64,000 bases of DNA, taken from NCBI GenBank assembly GCA_004764695.1, contig SMSO01000032.1, positions 7,286,483-7,350,482 of the forward strand, in the 5' to 3' direction. A program made the position numbers and the translations under genes. Source of the DNA: Schizochytrium sp. TIO01. Taxonomy: Eukaryota; Protista; Bigyra: Labyrinthulomycetes. Below, piece after piece: positions 28,368-39,277 of this stretch. The notes beneath the pieces were generated by a model that was not told the DNA's origin, ran no database searches, and was given only the letters and a program-made list of their open reading frames with translations. Within the stretch, counting starts at the first letter, position 1, and each line of letters begins with the position of its first letter.

Positions 28368-28441
28368 GAATGAATAAATGAATAAATGAATAAATGAATA
28401 AATGAATAAGTGAATGAATGAATGAGTGAGTGAGTGAGTGA
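28368..28441. repeat. Compound (AATAAATG)n-(AATG)n-(AGTG)n microsatellite
   Basis: Visible graded repeat. Confidence 0.9.
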
Positions 28442-28850
28442 CTAAGTGAGTTGATTTATCCATCAACGAGCGTTCGAGATCTCTCGGATCGGATTTCGGC
28501 GAGTGAAGTTTTGCTCAGGGGCCATCGTAATAGCGAGACGGGCGCAGCAGCAGGCAGAGGCAGCTCCACGCTATTGCACTGTCCGGGTATAGGTAGAAGC
28601 GGCGCAGGGACGCAACTCTTTGGAAATACGGCACCATTACATCTCATCTCATGGAGCATTTGTCTGTCGGCATTCCAACATAACATTCGTTCTCCCTTTC
28701 ACGATGGTCTTCGAATTCCCAAACCCATAATCAATCTCCTATGAATTAAACTAAAATTAACACTGCTTTTAAAATAATAATAATAATTTAAAGGATAAGG
28801 TCTTTTACATGCATGCAAAAGCGATAGTGAAAGAAAAGAAGATGGCGGCC

Positions 28851-29156
28851 CTTTCTTTTTTTCTTTCTTTCTTTCTTTCTTTCCTTCTTTCTTTCTTTCT
28901 TTCTTTCCTTCTTTCTTTCTTTCTTTCTTTCCCTTTCTTCGCGATGAAGAAGCAAACTCAGTCGTCGAGAAGCGTTACTTTTCTCTCTCCTCCCTCGCCC
29001 TCGCATGAAGGAGGAGACTTGATTGATATGCTGCCCCAGAAGCCATCTTGGCCAACGAAACTGGCAATGAAGTAGAAACCCATGGCCCGCGTACCGCCAG
29101 GAGCCCACCTGGAGCCAGGGCCTCGAGGCCCATCGGTTCTCGCGATGAACTCGGGG

Positions 29157-29187
<31 letters not shown>

Positions 29188-29650
29188 TGTATGTATGTCG
29201 ATTCGCACTTCTCGTTTGGGCTCCCAGAGTTTCTTCTCAATGTTATTTTGTAGATCATAACTCTTTTGTTTCTTTGTTTCTTTGTTTCTTTGTTTCTTTG
29301 AGTTGGAAAATCTTCGGCGCTTTCATTGGCTGATTCTTGGCTGATTTCTGGCACCATTGGTGGCGCAGCCGCAGCGCTCTTTCCTGTGGCACTGTCGACG
29401 GGGAGAGATTGCCACGGGTGTCGAGCGAGGTTTTGCTAAAGAGGCCAACACTGCATTCTTTTGAGGGTAGCTTTTGGTGAAACAACGAACCGGAGTGAGT
29501 GAACTCAAATAAAACAAAACAAAACAAAACAAAACAAAACAAAACAAAACAAAACATAACAAAACAAAACAAAACAAAACAAAAGATAACAAAGAAAAGA
29601 TAAGATAACAAAAGATAACAAAGAAAAGATATCAAAACAAAAGATATCGA
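28851..29650. repeat. Microsatellite cluster: (CTTT)n, (ATGT)n, (TTTCTTTG)n, (AAAAC)n/(AAAAGATAAC)n
   Basis: Tracts at approximately 28851-28930, 29159-29197, 29264-29300 and 29507-29650. Confidence 0.9.
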
Positions 29651-31366
29651 AATAAAAAGAGAACTTGCCAATATCATTCATGTCTCCCACCTGATAAATA
29701 GAAGGTGAACCTAGGGCATCAGATTTGTTGCTAAAAATCGTCTCCAAAGATTCAGCTGATCATCTCATCCACTGCCACCAAAACTACAGAAAAACATACA
29801 CATATACATCATTACATTTTCCGTACAAAATTATCTTTGAAAGTAAATATACAAACAAACATACGTACATACATACAAATTAGCATTAATTCATCAACTC
29901 TAATTGATCCTGCCCAGCCCCTTTCCAGATCCCGCTATCCGTCTCTGCATCTGCAATCACTGGTACGTACCCACGCACTGATCTTTAATCTTCACGTGTT
30001 CAATCGCATTTCGTTTCCAAGATTTAGAGCTGCGGAGACCTAATAAAGAATCCATAGAAAGAAAGGCGGAGGTCGATCCCCACCACACCTACGCCAAACC
30101 CTAGGACCCCATAGTAGTTGCCTCGCGCGTGCGTGTGCGGCGATTGTGCGGCGATTGTGCTTCTGCTGCAGTCTGGAGGACCAATAACTCAGGGTCGAGG
30201 CAGGCACGATCGAAGATCCCACCACAGCAGCTCCAGCAAGCAGGCGGCCGTCTGCAGACGAGTGCCGAGTGATCTGGGGAATACTCACCAAACTCAGTCC
30301 TCTACAGCTTCTTCGTCGCTACGTCGCCGCTCAGAAAAGGTAGGCTCTGCCACAGATCGGCGCAGCGCCTGCCGCCGCAGGATACTCCTATTGTAAACGT
30401 TACCAGCGGCCCTAGCACCGCGCAACAGAAATAAAAACCTAGATAGCCTTAGGGAACTACTACCGCTGGGGAAGAGGGACGATAATAAGGTGTCTTAGGC
30501 GGTGCGCTAGGGCAGGTAGTAGCAGCTCGCGATTTGCGGATTTATTTTGACATTTCTCGTATGTGCGGCATGAACTTCTTTCTTTCTATACTTCTATTTA
30601 AGGGTGTAATAGTAGAAAGATCATTATATTAAAAGCGTCTCTGGTATTACCTACCTAGCCAACCTATGTTTTGGAACACTGTTCATGCTTTGGAAAGCGA
30701 ACGCGAAAGAGGTTTCTTGGTGCGTTGATACATTTATTAGTTGAGGCGCGTGGGTGGCTGAGGAAGAATGAGATGCGGATGCAGACAACCTGCTGAGGCT
30801 CGACTCTTCAGGTTTTGTGCTTTCAGGTTTTCTGATAAGTCTTTGAGAACGAAACAACATACTATTCTAGCGTAACAATTGTTTGCTTATTTGCCTTCTT
30901 TCTGTACCTCCATGATTTACATTTAAATTGTATGGCTTGTGACGATGGGTGATGTTCGAGATGATCGTGGTGGCGAGAACCTATTTTGGGGGAAAACCTC
31001 GAATTGTGGGCTCTGCGATATCAGGCGCCACGATATCAGACTAAATCGAGCTTGCCCGGCGCAGCCAAGGCGTATCTATCTACCCTGGAGCATTATTCTT
31101 GAAAGGTCTTTCACGGAGAGATTTAGAAAAGGGCAGCCGCAGACACCTTTTGGCTAATGATGTCAGAATGATCTGTCTTTCATCCACATCCATCCATCTA
31201 AAATGATCTGTCTGATTGACTTTCTTGCAATGAATCAACGAGGCACTCTATCTACTCATAGGATAAACATATATTGCCTGCATTAAGCGTACCATTTTTA
31301 TTGGCGATTCCCCACTTCTTCCATCTCTGCTCATTATTACCTCACTACACTCCTCAATACATACGA

Positions 31367-31520
31367 TGACTGACTGACTGACTGACTGACTGACTTGCAA
31401 TCATCATAATTCATCATAATCGCTTCATATTTCTATTAAGTTCTTACATTCAAACAAACAAACAAACAAACAAACAAACAAATAAACAAATAAATAAACA
31501 AACAAATAAACAAACAAATA
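31367..31520. repeat. (GACT)n and (AAAC/AAAT)n microsatellites
   Basis: Tracts at 31367-31394 and 31451-31520. Confidence 0.9.
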
Positions 31521-34500
31521 AGAACATAGGAAATGGCAAGCTTCCTTGCTACCTTCTGCTAGTAAGCACGACCGCCAAGTCGATACACATGAAGAACAGA
31601 CTAATGAAGAGGTTAATAACTCCGATGCGAATCATTGTCACAAATGATTCACGATCCTCCTCCGTACCTTCACACAAATAAAACAGCGAAGGCCATTTTT
31701 AGTCTTAGTCTCTTTTAGCTGACAAATCTTTCATCAGCCTTTTCTTTCAGGCGAGACTAATCGTCATTGTCCCGCCGAGTTTAGTGATGATGTTGAAAGG
31801 CAGACAATCGATCAATCTTCCGGGTTGGGTAGAACTGAAGACGATTTGAAGCGCGCTGCAAACTTTGCGTCCAAAGATACGTGTGTGCGTGGATTTATGT
31901 CTGTCGAGATAGGCTCAGAGGGCTTAGGATTCGGAATGTAAGCAATTTGATCAGTGCTACAGTATCGCAGACAGCATCATCGTCTTTAATATTGTAATTC
32001 TTCTGTGGATAAAACTTGGAAGTATAAGAAAGTAGTAATAGTAACACAATCAATATAGCTATGTTTGTATGTATGTATATAATTACTTATTATCAGGGCG
32101 CAGGTCGCACGAGGGTCTCGACGACCGACATCGCCATTGCCACAGATACGCTGCTCTTCAGGGCCATTCGTGGCTTGTTGTGCATGGATCGAGAGGGCAA
32201 GTTTGGAGCGGCCCAAAATGACTCGATAATCCGGAGAAGCAATCTGCAGATGGCGCCTCCATTTTGGAGTGACTCCAAGGAGCCGCCATTCTCTCCTGCT
32301 ACCACTGCCCATTGGCGCAAACTTCCCAATGTGCTAGAGAGGGAAGAAGAACAAAATCGATCACTGGGAAAGCGTTATAGGCGTGTTAGTATTTGAGAAA
32401 TATATATCGAAGGCTGACCAACAACACATGCTTGGTAAGAAGGGAAACAGCGAAAGTTCGAATTTGTTGCAAATCTGCTGTAACTCATAATTGATGATGC
32501 GATCTCGAGCAAAATGAACAAGAAAGTGGACTTTGACGATTAAACCTTTTTTTCTTCTTTTTTTTTACAAAGAAAGACATGCTTTCATACTACTACACTA
32601 GATATTTAATTGGTATACTTTTTATAAGGCCATTCCTCTCAAATTAAAAATAATTTTGAAATTGTTATTTTTAAAAAAGAAAATAGATTTAGTTTCAAAA
32701 TAATCAGCTTGAGCTTTTTCTTTCGAAGGAGATGATCATAGAAAGAAAGTATCAAAATAGTAATAAAAAAGAACAAGAGTTCCCCCTTTTCATTTCAATT
32801 AATAATTTTTAAAAAACAATGCTGTAATGAGGAAAGTATCAGCGTCGGCTTGTGGCCACCATCCACGCGACTGGGGCTGACGGACTGTAGTAGGGCGGAG
32901 AATCACGCAGGGCCTAGTACCGCAGGCAGCCGGGGCATATTCTTTGGACCTAATGGCGCACGCACCCTGACTGGCTGGGCCACAGGCCTCGATTAGAGCG
33001 TATTGAAAACAACGAGCGACAATCATCGTCTCTCCAATAGCTTGCTTTGCATCTATTCCAACATACTAAACAAATCGTTTTAATTTATAAATAACTTTGT
33101 TTTCAAGAATATCAAAAATAGAGAAAATAATGGCATAAAGTACCATTCATTCATACAGCTAGCTTCGAATAAAAGAAAAGAAGTAATTTTTAGCATCAGT
33201 GATTCTTCTCCTCCTTCTCCTCCTTCTTCTCCTTCTTCTCTTTACTAAGCTTGTCTTTACTCCGAATGCAAGCAGGAATTAATTTGGTACGAACCTTCGC
33301 AGACATTGGCTCTAAAAAGTTTGTATGTATATTTGGGTTTCTGACCTTGCGTGGGCTGAGTGGAGATTTTCACTTCGTATTGGGAAGGAAGCACGCTCCT
33401 CCTGATGCTACTGCGGAAACGAGATAGGAAGATGGAAGAAAAAGGAGCCAATCCAAGGAGCGCTCGAGAATGTGATTTTTTAATTTTCACTATTGAATCA
33501 TCATCACCATCGCTCATTACTGCCTTTTCTTGATTTTACAAAAGGGGAAAGGCGGAGGTAAAGCAGGTAGGAAGGTAGCAGTAGGTATACATACCCCTCC
33601 CTGTCTTAATGTCTGCGAGTAGAATGGCGGTCTGGTTCTGTTTTGTTTTTCAACACAGATTAGATTCTTTCTCTTCACATCGAAAATGAAATAGCTCTTT
33701 CTCTCAAGTTCTGTGGCCCACTCACTGAAAGAAAAGAGTAATGAAAATAGCGAATTTCTAAAATATTCATAAGAATGCCACTTCTGTTGTAAGGCACCTT
33801 CGTCGTAGTGTTGGGCGGAAGACAGGAGTGACACAAGCATATATGCATGCGCCTAAAAGGGCGATGATGCCAGTCGATAGAATGGATCGCTTACTGTAGT
33901 CTTACATACATTTCGGGCTAATACTAAAGACAAAAGCCTTTTATACCTATAAGTTCATTGATGGATTGATTGTTTTGAATTCTTTTATTTGATTTGTCCT
34001 CTGTTTTTTATTGTTTTAATTTTATAATAAGCAAAACTTCTGCGGAGATTGTTGATTTCAAGTTTCCAGGGTTCTGTTTTGCCAAGTGAATGCATGTGGC
34101 ATGGAATTGTCTTTTCTATCGAAAGACCTGCGTTGAGGAAACAAATCTCAGAGCCTGTTGCCCTTCGATTCAATGCGGTTTTCGTCATCAGAGCACTCCC
34201 ACGCCCATCACGAGAATGGAAATGGGCGTGGAACAAGACTCCTGTTCCTAAGAATGTAACCATCAAAAGAGCCCGAATGAAACGTGCAAATGGAACAAAA
34301 CCTCGATGGCCAAATACAACTTTCGCCATCTAGCACCCTCCTAAACAGTGGTATGAACTCCATCCACCTAACCATCACCGTGGTTTCATTCATTTACAAT
34401 TTAGAAGCCCAGCCACTCAGCAGCCAGCCCAGTCTAGCTCTATCATGCGGCCCAAAAGTAACAGTTTTATGATGAACCTTTCCTCGCGTGCGATCGACCA

Positions 34501-36151
34501 GCCTCAGCAAACCTTCGCCATCTTGCACATTGCACGACGACGAGTGGCTGGCTGGAGCAGGGCGTGGCTGCGACATCGAATTCATGGATCTTGGACGCAC
34601 AACCGCACGATCGAATGTGAGCGACTCGCAAAGATTTTCAAGGTGCTGGATTTTGCCATGCCATTATCATTCCATGGTCCTCCAACCTAACTGTAGCACA
34701 GGCTTCGTTGACTCCCAATTTAATTTGGGTCAACTAGCCCATCATTGACGACAATGCTCCTCCTCGGATCGGATGCGGCTTTTGGGTAAATTTGCGTGCG
34801 GATCTCCTCCTTCACGGTCAAACCAGTCCGCGATCGATGCCTAACCACGGCGCTTTCTAGTAGTAGGAACACCAAATCGAGCTCAAGATTGAATAAACTC
34901 CACTCCCTGCCTCCTGCAAGCAAACAAGAATGAGCCTTAGAGCGCAGCATCGCCCAAGTATTCGAGCTTGAAATTGGCGCATCCATCGCGTAGCAAGTTG
35001 TGCTCTTAGATGGCGCTGCTGCCTTATTAAAATAAAATAAAAATTATTAGTGGATGGAAGTGAAAACAGAGAGACGAGCAGAGAGAAAGGAGACGCAGAG
35101 GCTGTGACAGACTGGGAAGAGAAAGAAGATATGTGGAGACTCTACCGAGGAGCGATTTGAACCTTTTAAGATGGTTTTGGAAGCTTGTGCACCTTCGCAA
35201 TGAATACTATGTGGTACCTACTAACTAAGGGGGTAGGCTTACTTCTGGGGAGGGCAGAACTACCTGCTCCGAGTTTCGTCATTTATTCGTCATTTATTCG
35301 TCATTCATTTGATTTGTTTTTGTTTCAAATATAAAATTGAAAATAATTATCAGGGAGGTCGATGATGCGCGTTTGCCTATGTGTAGTCGATAGCACCTGG
35401 CACTTTCTGCGGCGAATTTAATTGTATTACAGCTCTTGATTGGAACGTACTTTCCTCGAATTCATGCGAATCCTTTTTACAGTCTATAAATATATATATA
35501 ATTATTTTTTTATTCTATAATTATACAATGGCCATGTAAATAAGTAACAACAATAAATTTTATGCTTCAGTAGAGAAATGACAATACTTTGATTTATCAT
35601 CATTTCCAAGAAGATTGGTGGAGCACCTCAATCGCAATGGAAATGGCAGATTTTATGCGCGACGCCATATTGCTCGCTCTGACCAGGCAGCCGGAGACCC
35701 ATGAGCATATTAGGGCTGGTACGATTTCATCCACCATTCCAAGTTAAACTAAGAATGGCAGGAATGACTTAGATTGGCAGATTCTCTGCTAGTCAAATGA
35801 ATACCCCCGAGCTCTATAGACTAATTAATCATATTGATTGATCGATTGATTTTCATAGATACAGACTGCTATAGAAAACTTGGCGCCAAGTAAAGAAAGC
35901 AAAAAGGCAAGAAAGCAGCTTCTCTTCTAATCGCTGGGGCCTCGACAGGCAAAAGATGCCGACACGAGTCCGTCGTCAAGTGCGTGTACCTTTACCCATC
36001 AACGCTTTCCTCGACGAGAAGTCGTCGGAGGAAGGTTTGGCACGGGCGTCACTCCCTTTGGCAAAGTCTGAACCGTGAATGGTTTTATTCTTTCACTCAC
36101 TCATTCATTCCTTCATTCCTCTAAACATAACTCTTCTTTTCTTCTCTTTTC

Positions 36152-36210
36152 TTTTGCTCTGCTTTGCTTTGCTTTGCTTTGCTTTGCTTTGCTTTGCTTT
36201 GCTTTGCTTT
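36152..36210. repeat. (CTTTG)n microsatellite
   Basis: gctttgctttgcttt... about 10 units. Confidence 0.9.
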
Positions 36211-38589
36211 TCTTTTTGCTTTTCTTATGCTGTTTTCCCTCTCTTTCATAATTGGTATCTAGCGTCACCTTTTTTCCTCCAATTACCAACAAAGAAAGTG
36301 AAAGGAAAGAAATACTTCGCATATTATTTCGAATGGTACAGTACGAATGTAGAATACAAATAAATATACAGAAGAGACAACCCAAATTAAAAGTGCTAGC
36401 AAAGCTAGCTAGCTACCAACCCACTCACCTTACCTACCTAGCTTCGCATCCTTTTGCATTTACATTTTGGACAATGATGCTGAGAATTAATTCGAACGGG
36501 AAGATCACACGGGAAGATCACACGACCAGAGAGACACGCGAACCCTGTCTCCCACAACCAACCCTCTTCTGGGGCGCCCAATCATCGCTCGCATCGCTAA
36601 TGATCTGATAATAATAACTTGTGCGAGCGAGAGTCGTCCACTCCAATCCCTCTCGCTGCGTAAGGCGTGTTTCAGGGTCTGATCTCAAACCCAATTAGAA
36701 CCTTCGCTCTGATTCAATCGGCTCCGACGCTCGTGCTTTACATGTACATAAGCCATCTCATCGCACTTTATGCCTGCCTGTCATAATAAACAAAGAGACC
36801 TCAAGATTTCTTTTCTCATCCATGCGATTGACGCTCTTTAATCTTTCAATGCTCGGCCAATAAAACTAAATGGCAGAACAGAAGAGTTTCACTGCTCTGT
36901 AGTGATTCGCTTGCGTGGCTGATCAAGACGGGAGAAGCGTCGCTCTGAATGGAGAAGGCACGACGGTCATTGGTCCAAGGTCGCGAGGAGTCAGACCTCC
37001 GGACGGGCGGAGTGTACTCATTTGGTGCGGCCATCATTAATTATCCCCAAGCAGCCTGATGACGACCTTTTAAGCCGCGCTGGGTTGCCTCTTTCCTTCT
37101 GTTCCCGGCTATGTTAATGATGGCCCTTTGAAGGTTATTAAAGAAATGATTTCTTCTTTGGTTGATAATTTCTGCTTTTAGTAAAATGAAACTTTTGCAT
37201 TTTTTATATCTTTATTTTTTTAATTAAACAATAATAATATTAAACGTTTTATTTTAGTATCAGTAAAAACCATATTTAAAATGAAATGCTTTAGGGAATG
37301 TAATTAATTATCTTGTTCATTTCTCAATTTTGTTTGGTTATGTATTTTTCAGCAGCATGGGAATAAAACTTGTAAATCTTTTTTCTTTTGTCTTTTTTTA
37401 GTTAATAAAACAAATAAGCTATTTAGTGCTCTGCAAACAAAAGAAAAGTGAATGAACAAACAACTAGTCGATCAGATTTGGGCACATCGATCCAAAGCAA
37501 TCCGTGCTCCAGGAATGCACGCATTCTTCAGGAGGTCGATTCAAACTGGCCAGCAGCGATCAGAATGAGTCATCAATCAAACAAGCAATACTAGCTACTA
37601 AGCTTGGGCTTATTTATGAGCCAAGAATCGCCTGCCTCTTCGAGAAAGGGGGCGATTGAACCAGATTCTATTTTGGAATTCGCTAATTTATATTTTTCTT
37701 TTTTGATTTGTTATATATACATAAAAATGAATGTAAATGACAATGATGAAACTGATCTGGTAACTCTGGCTTTCAAGTTAATTAAGCATTACAATTTTCA
37801 TCGAAAACAAATTACCCCGGAAAAGATTAGGCATTTTCGCAATTACATCTAATTACATTCTTCAACTTTCTGTCATTCTTTTCTATTTCGACATCTTTTC
37901 TTACTATCATCTTTTCTTCAACTTTTAAAATGAAAAGGCCGAAAAAAAATACTCATGTCAGGGGCCTCTTTTTCATTTTCTTTTTTCTGTGTCTGTCGCT
38001 CCTTTTCTCCAATTCCATTTAGGTACCCCCACTACATGTCCCCTCCTGCGGCAAGGCATTGGAGGTAGTGGGGCAACGAAAGTGGACGAGCACCGCGAGG
38101 AAGGATCCGAAAACAGGGATAATAATTTATTCTTCTCAATTAGTGCTCTCAATATGGAGGAAAGCGTATTTTAATCTCATTTCGAAGTGGCTTCAAAAGA
38201 AAGGGTTTTAAAAGGGTCTTTGGAACGAGGAATGTGAATCGTAGCTTTCGAAATAAAAACTATAGAAATAGCTGAATATTTAAAAATGAATGTTAATATC
38301 TTCTTTGAATGAAAATAAAAAGACATAAATAAAAAATAAATAACTCTGTCGCGTTGAATTTATTTAATTTGCTTACGATCACTACTACACCTTGGCTGGC
38401 CTTGAGAACCGATCGCAGCGTGATGCAGAACGAAGATCGCTAGAGAAGAAGAGCGAGCACCCAAAGACGAGGAGGCCGTCCCAGTTGAGCAAAGATGGGA
38501 TAGCTTGAACAGGTTTTTGGTGGAGACATAGACGTCTTTCTCCCTGTTTCGTTTCGTACGTAGCTTTTGGTCTTCATCTCATGCATTTA

Positions 38590-38790
38590 TTTCCCTTTCC
38601 TTCCTTCCTTTCTTTTCTTTTAAAAATACAAAACAGAGAGAAAAGAGAGAGGCAAACTAAGAGAGAAGAGAGAAAGGAAAAGGAAGAAAGAAAAGAGAGC
38701 AGAAAGAGATAACAAGAGAGGGAAGGAGTGGAAAAAGGAAGAGAGGAGAGGAGGAACAGAACGAGAGGAAGAAGAAGAAGAAGAGAGCGA
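38590..38790. promoter_or_regulatory. Pyrimidine tract followed by a ~160-bp GA-rich purine tract upstream of the orphan TF-like gene
   Basis: CT-rich 38590-38620 then GA-rich 38630-38790, 0.5-0.7 kb before the ATG at 39278. The regulatory role is inferred from position only. Confidence 0.35.
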
Positions 38791-39277
38791 GCCCCTGCTT
38801 CTCCCTCTAAAGACCACTGGCAGACCAATAATAAGGTAGAGCTCCCTCATAATATAGTAGCAAAGGAGGCTCGGCGAGCAGCAGCTCAAATCGGCAAGCA
38901 AAAACCAATCTCGACGATCCTGAACAAACCGAGCAAACCGAGCAAATCCTGCATATAATCTTAGGAGCTCTCCTGATCGGCGAACAAACCAGCGAGTCTT
39001 TCAAGATTCCAAAACAAAACCGCAATTGATTGACATCGATTGTGTGCGACTACAACAATCAACAACAACAATAAAGCATATATACCGTCAAATTGACATT
39101 TGCTAATATCGGTGCTGCTATCCCGGTCTTTCCGAATCTGTCAATCAAACTCAACCAATCACACTAAACTCTGATCGGTGTGCTTTGCTTGACCCTTTGG
39201 CAAGCACTACCTCATACAAATCGCGTGAAAGACAAGAAAGACCTATCTTGAGCCTTCACAAAACCACAAACAGCACC

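Larger units (their letters stand above)
1..39277. other. Gene desert / very long upstream non-coding region (>=39 kb, open at the left window edge)
   Basis: No ORF here has a recognisable domain. The longer ORFs (e.g. 6768-7250, 25891-26541, 28788-29357) mostly run through microsatellites. About 30 SSR tracts occur here, against nine genes and almost no SSRs in the following 24.5 kb. Confidence 0.8.

Noticed and set aside
28788-29747. 189-aa and 140-aa minus-strand ORFs
   Set aside because: Composed of SSR translations (KERK, TYIH, FCFVL)
21070-38996. AAACCAGCGAG shared at 21070 and 38986
   Set aside because: An 11-mer match is expected many times by chance in 39 kb
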